From Clostridia bacterium (GTDB taxonomy: Bacteria > Bacillota > Clostridia > TANB77 > CAG-508), in contig JAGBJN010000010.1 in assembly GCA_017934475.1 (NCBI GenBank), forward strand, positions 11,411 to 75,410: DNA of 64,000 nt. Reading direction: 5' to 3'. The position numbers and the translations under genes were made by a program. This document shows positions 8,705 through 17,105 of the stretch, piece after piece; within the stretch, counting starts at the first letter, position 1; the number at the start of each line of letters is the position of its first letter. A model generated the notes under the pieces. It searched no databases. It saw only the letters and a list, made by a program, of their open reading frames with translations, and was not told the DNA's origin.

Positions 8705-8771
8705 GATAAAGCATATAATTGACAAAAAAAGGTTAAATGAATATAATCAAAATTATAAGGAGGTAATGTAT

Positions 8772-9752
8772 ATGAATAAAATAAGAATAGCAATTAATGG
8801 ATATGGAAATCTAGGAAAAGGAATTGAAAAAGAAATTACAAAGTCTGAAGATATGGAACTTGTAGCAATATTTACAAGAAGAGATCCAAATACAATAAGC
8901 AATATATCAGATGTTCCAGTAATTAGTATAAATGAGATTGAAAATTGGAAAGATAAAATTGATGTTGTAATTATGTGTGGTGGATCTGCTACTGATTTGC
9001 CAGTACAAGTACCACAAATGTCAAAGATATTTAATACAGTAGATAGTTTTGATACACATGCAAGAATTCCAGAACATTTTGCTAAAGTAAATGAAAGTGC
9101 ATTAAACTCTAAAAAAACATCTGTAATTTCAGGAGGATGGGATCCAGGAATGTTTTCAGTTATGAGAGTATATGCGGATGCTATACTTTCAAATGGTAAA
9201 ACATATACATTCTGGGGTAGAGGCGTAAGTCAAGGACATTCAGATGCAATAAGAAGAATTAATGGCGTAAAAGATGCAAGACAATATACAATTCCAATTG
9301 AAGACGCAATGGAAAGAGTAAGAGCAGGAGAAAATCCAAATCTTACAGCAAGAGAAAAACATTTAAGAGAATGTTATGTAGTTGCAGAGGAAGGTGCAGA
9401 TTTAGAAAGAATTGAAAAAGAAATAAAAACAATGCCAAATTATTTTGATGAATATGATACAACAGTTAATTTTATTTCAGAAGAAGAACTTAAAGCAAAT
9501 CACAATAAACTTCCACATGGCGGTTTTGTAATACATAGTGGAGAAACAGGAGAAGGAAATAAAGAAATAATTGAATATTCTTTAAAATTAGACTCAAATC
9601 CAGAATTTACATCTTCTGTATTAATAGCACTTGCAAGAGCAACATACAGAATGAATCAAGCAGGACAATATGGAGCAAAGACAATATTAGATATTCCACC
9701 TGCATTACTTTCAAAAAAATCACCAGAAGAGTTAAGAAAAGAATTATTGTAA
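8772..9752 (+). CDS. ddh: meso-diaminopimelate D-dehydrogenase
   Basis: IRIAINGYGNLGK, GGWDPGMFS and WGRGVSQGHSDAIRRI match the Corynebacterium Ddh pattern as I recall it. ATG lies 8 nt after AAGGAGG. Confidence 0.9.
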   Translation: MNKIRIAINGYGNLGKGIEKEITKSEDMELVAIFTRRDPNTISNISDVPVISINEIENWKDKIDVVIMCGGSATDLPVQVPQMSKIFNTVDSFDTHARIPEHFAKVNESALNSKKTSVISGGWDPGMFSVMRVYADAILSNGKTYTFWGRGVSQGHSDAIRRINGVKDARQYTIPIEDAMERVRAGENPNLTAREKHLRECYVVAEEGADLERIEKEIKTMPNYFDEYDTTVNFISEEELKANHNKLPHGGFVIHSGETGEGNKEIIEYSLKLDSNPEFTSSVLIALARATYRMNQAGQYGAKTILDIPPALLSKKSPEELRKELL

Positions 9753-9814
9753 TATAAAAAGGACAATTCAAAAAAAGAATTGTCCTTTATTTTATAAAAA
9801 ATTAAGTAACTTAA

Positions 9815-9843
9815 TTGACAAAATAATTAAAAGGAGCTATAAT
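9815..9843 (+). promoter_or_regulatory. sigma-A-type promoter for tRNA-Lys(CUU)
   Basis: TTGACA, 17-nt spacer, TATAAT. Confidence 0.55.
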
Positions 9844-9866
9844 AAATAACGTTAGCATAAATACAT

Positions 9867-9942
9867 GCACCACTAGCTCAGTTGGTAGAGCAGCTGACTC
9901 TTAATCAGAAGGTCCGGGGTTCGACCCCCCGGTGGTGCACCA
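9867..9942 (+). tRNA. tRNA-Lys(CUU)
   Basis: 76-nt cloverleaf, anticodon loop CTCTTAA, encoded CCA. Confidence 0.95.
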
Positions 9943-10103
9943 TAGAAATAGCAAGACTTTTAAAGTTTTGCTATTTTTTGATTTTTATGAAAATGTAACA
10001 ATCGCGCCAACTTTGTAAAAATGTTTGCTGTATTTAAGAAATATTGTCTTATAAAACTAAAAATAACTGGTCAATTACAATTTAACCAGTTATTTTTAAT
10101 ATA

Positions 10104-10289
10104 TTACCCCTCTGATTCTTTTTTACGTTTATTGTCTTCGAACTCTCCAATAGCCTTCGATATCCAGAATAATAATAGTAGTGCGTGGATTGGGGCTAAC
10201 CCAAAAAGAGGAAAATTGATAATAAAACCAATTACAGTTCCAAGAAGAGTAGTAATTACTAAAATAATGAGGATAAGTTTATCAGTCAT
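10104..10289 (-). CDS. 61-aa two-helix membrane protein
   Basis: AAGGAG lies 7 nt before the internal ATG (MTDKLILIILVITTLLG...). The longer ORF start at 10310 would include the RBS. The overlapping + strand ORF lacks an RBS. Confidence 0.5.
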   Translation of the reverse strand: MTDKLILIILVITTLLGTVIGFIINFPLFGLAPIHALLLLFWISKAIGEFEDNKRKKESEG

Positions 10290-10461
10290 ATATGATCTCC
10301 TTTTAGACAATGATGTAAAAATGATTACATTAAACCAACGAGTTACATGATATATATTATAAAAAACGATATATACATAAAAATCTATTACTTATAATAG
10401 ACTATTGAATATATATTTTTTTATGATATAATTGATAATATTGTTAATAAGGAGGATAAAT

Positions 10462-10956
10462 ATGGAAGAATTTAACACAATAGAAAAATGTTTAGAATTA
10501 TTTAAATCAGTAAATTGTATAGGAAAAGAAAATTTAATTTTTTTCGCTTATAAAGATAATGCTAAAGCAACAGGACCATCTGTTATGGTTGGAGGAGCTG
10601 TAGGTGCATTTGCTAGTGGTATGGTAAATGGTGCAGAGCATCCATATGATGGATTACTAATTAATAAAACAGAAGATGGTATTGGAATGTTTATGATAAA
10701 ACAACCTGGAGTACCACTAACATATAAATTAGAAAAAATGGAATTACAAAAAGATAAATTTATTTTTTATAAAAATGAAGATATTAAAGAGATTAAAGTA
10801 AAAAAATTTGCTTTATTAAATAATAAAAAGAAAAGTATTTTCATAACAACAAATGATAAGAAAAAATATGTGTTATTTTCAGATGTTAATGAACCTAGAT
10901 TACCATATCATAATGATAATTTTTCTAAATTCATTGAAAAATATTCTGCAAAATAA
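10462..10956 (+). CDS. hypothetical protein
   Basis: AAGGAGG RBS, 164 aa, no motif recognised. Confidence 0.6.
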   Translation: MEEFNTIEKCLELFKSVNCIGKENLIFFAYKDNAKATGPSVMVGGAVGAFASGMVNGAEHPYDGLLINKTEDGIGMFMIKQPGVPLTYKLEKMELQKDKFIFYKNEDIKEIKVKKFALLNNKKKSIFITTNDKKKYVLFSDVNEPRLPYHNDNFSKFIEKYSAK

Positions 10957-11135
10957 AAGACAAATATTAGATTAAAGTTGTAAGATAAAAGTGGGCATAT
11001 AAAAATATTTCCACTTTTTTTTTATCCAACTTGTTTACAATATTACAACATATTACAAAAACATATATTTTTGTGGAAATTTTTAAATATATAAGTTATA
11101 ATATACATATATTTTTTTTTGAAAGGAGTATTTTA

Positions 11136-12704
11136 ATGAAAGAAAATAGTCTAAAAATACAAAGGATAACAAGAACTTATAAAAATAAAAACATAAGAAA
11201 AATGAATTTTAGATTCCTTACAATTTTAACTATACTTACTATGGTATCTTATGGAATTATAGCAAATGTATGGAACAATAAAGTAGAAGCAACAACAAAA
11301 GATGTATATGATGTAATATTATTCTATGGTCAATCAAATATGATTGGATCAGCATTTGGTACACCAGAAACACGTCATGTAGGAAGAAAGATACAATTTG
11401 GAGGAGAAACAAATACAGATTTATCCATAGTTGAAAAAATTAGAAATTGTGCATCTGTAGATATGGAAATGCCAAGTGGAATAGCATATGAATATTTATA
11501 TTACAAGGAAGATAGTTTCACTGAAAGAAATGATATAAGAGAAATAAAAGAAAAGTCTAATGGTTGGTGGACAACAGGGGAATATCTAAAATGGAATGGA
11601 ACAGGAATAAATAAAGTAAGTGATGCTGATGCATTTGCAGGTGTACAAAATGCAGATACACATAAATCAAATGGAATGAATATGATTCCTCAATTTTGTA
11701 AAACATATAATGCATTAACAGGACATAAAGTTTTAGCTGTTGTGTGTGCGAAAGGATCACAGCCAATATCAGAATTTACATCTAATGGTAATATAGGAAA
11801 AGTAATGAATGAAAAATATAAAGCAGCTGTTCAATATGCACAAAGCAGAAGTGATTGGAAAGTTGAAAATTATTTTGCAGTTGCAATCCAAGGTGAAATG
11901 GATGTAGAATTAGTAAGAATAAATCAACAAACTGTAGAGGGATATAAACAAAGCTATGCAGATATAAAGGCTATGCTTTGTGATGTTAGAGGAATTTCAA
12001 AAATTGCTATAGTAGAAACAGGCTATGAGGTTCCTTATACTTTAGAAAGATATAGAACATATACAACTAGTATGGCAAATGTAAATGTAATTTATAATGC
12101 TCAAGAACAATTAATAGCTGAAAACCCACAAATTATATTAGGATCAAATTACCTTTATAATAGTTTTGTTCCAGATACAAAGGAAGATTACGATGCAAAT
12201 TGTTTTACAAATGTAGCTTATACATATGATGGAGAAGTAAGAAATGGAAAAACATATGCGTTTAGAGAATTAAAGATTCCTTATGGAGAAGCAATGGCTA
12301 AAGCACTAGAAAGGGTAGATATAGGTGCTAGCCCTATAACTGGTGAAAAAAATAATGTTATTCACTTTACATCAGCATCACTTTCTCAAGTAGGAATGGA
12401 AGTTGCTACAAACTTGGCAAAATGTGTAGGTGAAGTAAATTTAAGATTATTAGAAAATAACACTGAAGTTACAAGTGGAACAACCTCATATTGGAATACT
12501 AAAACTCTTAGAATAAGTAGAACTGCAACTGAAGGAAGATTATCAGCTGAATCAGGAGATCCTTCAATCGCTACAGTAGTATTATGGGGAAATTATTTAA
12601 CAATAATCCCTAGAAAAAGAGGAACAACAAATATTTGGGTTGCAAGTCATGGAACTGATACTTATAGAACAGAAGTTAAAATGTATACTTTAACTATATA
12701 TTAA
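11136..12704 (+). CDS. secreted GQSNM-type (sialate O-acetylesterase/SGNH-like) esterase with an Ig-like C-terminus
   Basis: TM/signal segment, VILFYGQSNMIGS motif. The C-terminal 90 aa look like a Big_2-type beta-sandwich (GTTNIWVASHG). Confidence 0.55.
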   Translation: MKENSLKIQRITRTYKNKNIRKMNFRFLTILTILTMVSYGIIANVWNNKVEATTKDVYDVILFYGQSNMIGSAFGTPETRHVGRKIQFGGETNTDLSIVEKIRNCASVDMEMPSGIAYEYLYYKEDSFTERNDIREIKEKSNGWWTTGEYLKWNGTGINKVSDADAFAGVQNADTHKSNGMNMIPQFCKTYNALTGHKVLAVVCAKGSQPISEFTSNGNIGKVMNEKYKAAVQYAQSRSDWKVENYFAVAIQGEMDVELVRINQQTVEGYKQSYADIKAMLCDVRGISKIAIVETGYEVPYTLERYRTYTTSMANVNVIYNAQEQLIAENPQIILGSNYLYNSFVPDTKEDYDANCFTNVAYTYDGEVRNGKTYAFRELKIPYGEAMAKALERVDIGASPITGEKNNVIHFTSASLSQVGMEVATNLAKCVGEVNLRLLENNTEVTSGTTSYWNTKTLRISRTATEGRLSAESGDPSIATVVLWGNYLTIIPRKRGTTNIWVASHGTDTYRTEVKMYTLTIY

Positions 12705-12791
12705 AAAAGGTAAGAAATTTTACTGTTTTGTAAATAAAGCTAAGAATGAAAAAGCACCTAGGAACTTAATCCTAGGTGTTTTAGTATGTAA

Positions 12792-13145
12792 TCAGTTTGT
12801 GGGAAGTACTTTCCAATCAACATCTTCATCTGCAGGGACAAAAGCTGTATGATTGCTACCAAGTATTAATGTGGTAGTATAGGAGAAAGGCTCTCCTTCT
12901 GCATTTGGCCCAGCATAAGATGGAACTTCTCCATCTTCATTTACCTCCCATTTTTTAAGCGGAAGCTTACGCCCTGTTAAATGGGCTTCTCTTTTGTATT
13001 TATCCCATTTATATTCATTATACATCATAGCACTCTGCCGTTCCTGAGCACATTTTGCACAAATCTTGGGGGAAAGATCTTCCATTGGGTGCCATAATTT
13101 GACACCTGTTTTACCACAAAAAATACATTTGTAATTTTCGTCCAT
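12792..13145 (-). CDS. hypothetical zinc-ribbon protein in a G+C-richer islet
   Basis: CIFCGK...CAKCAQ. AAGGAGGAT RBS. Composition differs visibly from the neighbouring genes. Confidence 0.6.
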   Translation of the reverse strand: MDENYKCIFCGKTGVKLWHPMEDLSPKICAKCAQERQSAMMYNEYKWDKYKREAHLTGRKLPLKKWEVNEDGEVPSYAGPNAEGEPFSYTTTLILGSNHTAFVPADEDVDWKVLPTN

Positions 13146-13276
13146 ATTTTATCCTCCTTATTGGATTTGTAAAAACTGAAAATATTATATCATGTTTTAC
13201 ATAATTTGACAAGACAGGTAAAAATTTGATATTATATTATGAGTAAAAAATATAAATATAAGAAAAGGAGGATATT

Positions 13277-14227
13277 ATGATTAAGATTTATAATACTGAT
13301 TTGCAAACAAATAAAACAGAAGAAAGTCAAGAATATAATAAAGGCGCATGGATTAATATGACAGCGCCGACAGATGATGAAATTAAAAAAGTTTGTAGTA
13401 AATTAAAAATAAGTGAAGATTTCTTAAAATATCCTCTAGATAGTGAAGAAAAAGCCAGAATTGATATAGATGAAGAAGAAAAAACAGTTTTATTTATAGT
13501 GGACGTACCTGTAATAGAAAAACAAGATAAAGAAAAAGTATATTCTACGATGCCACTTGGTATGCTTGTGGTAAGAGATGATTTTTTTGTTACAATAAGC
13601 TTAAAACAAAATAAAGTAATTTCTGACTTAGAAAAATTAAAAGATGTATGTACTTATAAAAAGAGTAGATTAATTTTACAAATATTTTATAAAAATGCAG
13701 AATTATATTTAAATAACTTAAAGAAAATAAATAAAGAAACGGAAGTAGCAGAAAGTGTTTTAAAATCTTCATTAAAGAATAAAGAATTACTAAAAATGCT
13801 TAGTTTGGAAAAAAGTTTGGTATATTTCACAACATCATTAAAAGCAAATGAAATAGTAATGGAGAAAACATTAAGGGGCAAAATAATTAAGTTATATGAT
13901 GAAGATGAAGATATATTAGAAGATGCAATCATTGAAAATAAGCAAGCTATTGAAATGTCAAAAATATATAGCGATATTTTAAATGGTACAATGGATGCAT
14001 ATGCATCAATTATTTCTAATAATTTAAATGGAGTAATGAAATTCTTAACATCAATAACAATTATTCTTGCAATTCCAACTATGATAGCAAGTTATTGGGG
14101 AATGAATGTTGATGTACCAATGCAATTTAGTCATAGTCCATGGGCATTTTATGTAGTAGTTGCAATATCTATAATACTTGGTTTAATTGCAATGATTTGG
14201 CTTAAGAAAAAAGATATGCTAGATTAA
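13277..14227 (+). CDS. corA: CorA-family magnesium/cobalt transporter
   Basis: 316 aa, two C-terminal TM helices with YWGMNV (GMN motif). Confidence 0.9.
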   Translation: MIKIYNTDLQTNKTEESQEYNKGAWINMTAPTDDEIKKVCSKLKISEDFLKYPLDSEEKARIDIDEEEKTVLFIVDVPVIEKQDKEKVYSTMPLGMLVVRDDFFVTISLKQNKVISDLEKLKDVCTYKKSRLILQIFYKNAELYLNNLKKINKETEVAESVLKSSLKNKELLKMLSLEKSLVYFTTSLKANEIVMEKTLRGKIIKLYDEDEDILEDAIIENKQAIEMSKIYSDILNGTMDAYASIISNNLNGVMKFLTSITIILAIPTMIASYWGMNVDVPMQFSHSPWAFYVVVAISIILGLIAMIWLKKKDMLD

Positions 14228-14288
14228 TGTATAAATATAAATATTTTGAATATAATAATGATGAGAATAAGAAAAAGGAGAAAAGATT

Positions 14289-14483
14289 ATGAAAATAATA
14301 GATATTATTGCTCTTATTTTAGTCATTGTTGGCGCTATAAACTGGGGATTAATAGGAATATTTAATTTTAACTTAGTAGAAACACTATTTGGTGGATTTT
14401 CTGTAATTAGTAGAATTGTATATATTCTAGTAGGAATTTCAGGATTATGGAGCATAAAAACCGTAGTAGAAAAATTATCATAA
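14289..14483 (+). CDS. DUF378 small membrane protein
   Basis: ALILVIVGAINWGLIGIFNFNLV is the typical DUF378 signature. Confidence 0.75.
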   Translation: MKIIDIIALILVIVGAINWGLIGIFNFNLVETLFGGFSVISRIVYILVGISGLWSIKTVVEKLS

Positions 14484-14487
14484 AAAA

Positions 14488-14512
14488 CAACCTCTTTGAG
14501 GTTGCTTTTTTT
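14488..14512 (+). terminator. intrinsic terminator
   Basis: Stem CAACCTC/GAGGTTG followed by CTTTTTTT. Confidence 0.65.
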
Positions 14513-14614
14513 ATTTGATTATTTTTGCTTTTCTCGTTTTCTATTAATAATAGTTGAAATATTTAGATAAATCATATATAATATTATAGATAAAAAAAAT
14601 AAGGAGGAAAATAA

Positions 14615-16195
14615 ATGTTAAATGCAATAGGAGTAACAATTAGATTTGGAAAAAGAACATTATTTGAAGATGTTAATATTAAATTCAATAAAAGTTGTTG
14701 CTATGGAATAATTGGTGCAAATGGTGCAGGAAAATCAACTTTCTTAAAAGTATTATCTGGAGAACTAGAACCAAGTAAGGGTGAAGTTACAAAGGAAAAA
14801 GGAGAAAGACTTTCAGTATTAAAACAAGACCACTTTGCATTTGAAGAATATACAGTAATTGATACTGTAATTATGGGAAATAAAGAATTATATGATATAA
14901 AACAAGAAAAAGATGCTATATATATGAAGCCAGACTTTAGCGAAGAAGATGGAATGAAAGCAGCAAAATTAGAAGAAAGATTTGCAGAACTAGATGGATG
15001 GAATGCTGAATCAGATGCAGCTCAACTTTTGAATGATTTGGGTATAGATACAGAAAAACATTATAAATTAATGAGTGAACTAGAAGCTAAAGAAAAGGTT
15101 AAAGTACTTTTAGCACAAGCGTTATTTGGAAATCCTGATATATTATTATTGGACGAGCCTACAAACGACTTAGATTTAAAAAGTATTGCATGGCTTGAAG
15201 AGTTTTTAATTAATTTTGAAAATACAGTAATAGTAGTATCACATGATAGATATTTCTTAAATAAAGTATGTACGCATATTTGTGATGTTGATTTTGGACA
15301 AATAAAAGTATATCCTGGAAACTACGATTTCTGGTATGAATCTAGCCAACTTTTATTAAAACAAATGAAAGAACAAAACAAGAAGAAAGAAGAAAAAATA
15401 AAAGAATTACAAGCATTTATTGCAAGATTTAGTGCTAATGCTTCAAAATCAAAACAAGCTACATCAAGAAAAAAATCATTAGAGAAAATAGAACTTGATG
15501 AAATAAAACCATCAAATAGAAGATACCCATATATTGATTTTAAACCAGATAGAGAACCTGGAAAAGAAATACTAAAAGTAAAAAATATTTCTAAAACAAT
15601 AAATGGTGAAAAAATATTAAATGATGTTTCATTTACAGTAAAAGAAAATGATAAAATAGCATTTTTAGCTGATAATGAAATAGCAAAAACAGTATTGTTC
15701 CAAATAATAGCTGGTGAATTAGAACCAGATGAAGGAAAAATAGAATGGGGAACAACAATTACAAATACATATTTTCCAAAAGATAATAACTATTTATTTG
15801 ATCAAGATTTATCTATAACAGATTGGCTTCGTCAATATTCTAAAGATCCAGATGAAACATATGTAAGAAGCTTCCTAGGAAGAATGTTATTCTCTGGTGA
15901 AGAAGCTTTAAAATATGTTAAAGTATTATCTGGTGGTGAAAAAGTAAGATGTGTTCTTTCAAAAATGATGTTATCTGGTGCAAATATGCTTATAATGGAT
16001 GAACCAACAAACCATTTAGATATGGAAAGTATAACAGCATTAAATGAAGGAATGAAGAAATTCAAAGGAAATATATTATTTACATCTCATGACCATCAAT
16101 TAACTGAAACAGTTGCAAATAGAATAATTGATATTAAATTAGATAAAGTGGTTGATAGAGAAGTAACATATAACGAATATTTAGGAATTGAATAA
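14615..16195 (+). CDS. ABC-F family ATPase (YbiT-like, two ABC domains, no TM domain)
   Basis: GANGAGKST, LSGGE, LLLDEPTN, and a second LSGGEKVR/MDEPTNHLD set, with a charged linker between the domains. Confidence 0.9.
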   Translation: MLNAIGVTIRFGKRTLFEDVNIKFNKSCCYGIIGANGAGKSTFLKVLSGELEPSKGEVTKEKGERLSVLKQDHFAFEEYTVIDTVIMGNKELYDIKQEKDAIYMKPDFSEEDGMKAAKLEERFAELDGWNAESDAAQLLNDLGIDTEKHYKLMSELEAKEKVKVLLAQALFGNPDILLLDEPTNDLDLKSIAWLEEFLINFENTVIVVSHDRYFLNKVCTHICDVDFGQIKVYPGNYDFWYESSQLLLKQMKEQNKKKEEKIKELQAFIARFSANASKSKQATSRKKSLEKIELDEIKPSNRRYPYIDFKPDREPGKEILKVKNISKTINGEKILNDVSFTVKENDKIAFLADNEIAKTVLFQIIAGELEPDEGKIEWGTTITNTYFPKDNNYLFDQDLSITDWLRQYSKDPDETYVRSFLGRMLFSGEEALKYVKVLSGGEKVRCVLSKMMLSGANMLIMDEPTNHLDMESITALNEGMKKFKGNILFTSHDHQLTETVANRIIDIKLDKVVDREVTYNEYLGIE

Positions 16196-16373
16196 TGGGT
16201 ATATCCCTAAGAAGAATGCATATTAAATATGCATTTTTTTGTTACGCAAGATATTGACAATAATAAAATATGATGATAAAATGCAAACAAATGTTCAGAT
16301 ATAAAAATAAATGAAAATATAATTAATTAATAAATATAGTAGGAACTTAATCTATAAAAAAAGGAGAAAAAGC

Positions 16374-16871
16374 GTGTTACCAAGCAATTTTTATAGTGAT
16401 ATAAGTAAAGTTTCTAATAGATTTGAGTTCGAAAAACATTTTAATTGGTTTATTCAAGTATTCGAATTAACTGATAAATCAAAAATGTTAAATAACAAAA
16501 AAATAAACAATTTACATCCAATAAGACCTAAAAAAGGTGAAATATATCTAATTGAATTTGGACAAAATGTTGGAAGTGAATTAAGTAATACACATATGGG
16601 AATAATAATTCAAGATTCAGCGAAAAATAATTATTCTAGTACAGTTATTGTAGTACCAATATCAAGCTCACCTAAAATATATGATACTCATGAGATTATA
16701 TTATTTGAAGATTTAAAAAATGGATACTTAAATAAATTACCATCAAAGGCTAAAGTAGAACAAATGATATGTGTAGATAAAGCAAGACTAATACATAGAA
16801 TTGGAGAATTGACGCCAGAGTTTATGAATAGGCTTGCAAGAAAAGTTTTAAAGGTTTTAGATATAAAATAA
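16374..16871 (+). CDS. MazF/PemK-fold endoribonuclease toxin homologue with an N-terminal extension of about 50 aa
   Basis: KKGEIYLIEFGQNVGSELSNTHMGIIIQ...VIVVPISS aligns by eye to the MazF/EndoA core. GTG start after AAAGGAG. Confidence 0.65.
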   Translation: MLPSNFYSDISKVSNRFEFEKHFNWFIQVFELTDKSKMLNNKKINNLHPIRPKKGEIYLIEFGQNVGSELSNTHMGIIIQDSAKNNYSSTVIVVPISSSPKIYDTHEIILFEDLKNGYLNKLPSKAKVEQMICVDKARLIHRIGELTPEFMNRLARKVLKVLDIK

Positions 16872-17105
16872 GAGTAGGCGCGTTGCCTACTCTAAATCAA
16901 CCATACAACTATGTGTATGCAAGTTCCACAAATGTGGAAAATATTATTAAATACATTTTAACAAAAATATTTAATAATGTCAAACGTTTGATATATTTAT
17001 TATATGCAAATTAGCTTAATATATAAGAAAAAAATGAAAAAGTATAGAAATATTTTTTGAAGTAATATATAATGCAAATATAAATAAAAAAAGTGAGGTA
17101 CAGGA

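Noticed and set aside
10021-10350. 109-aa + strand ORF.
   Set aside because: It has no RBS and an odd composition. The opposite-strand 61-aa membrane protein has a canonical AAGGAG-N7-ATG and a terminator.
16871-16893. Perfect 9-bp stem AGAGTAGGC/GCCTACTCT after the MazF-like gene, considered as a terminator feature.
   Set aside because: No U-tract follows on the + strand. It is probably a weak or factor-dependent terminator or an RNA-stability hairpin, so I have not listed it as a confident feature.
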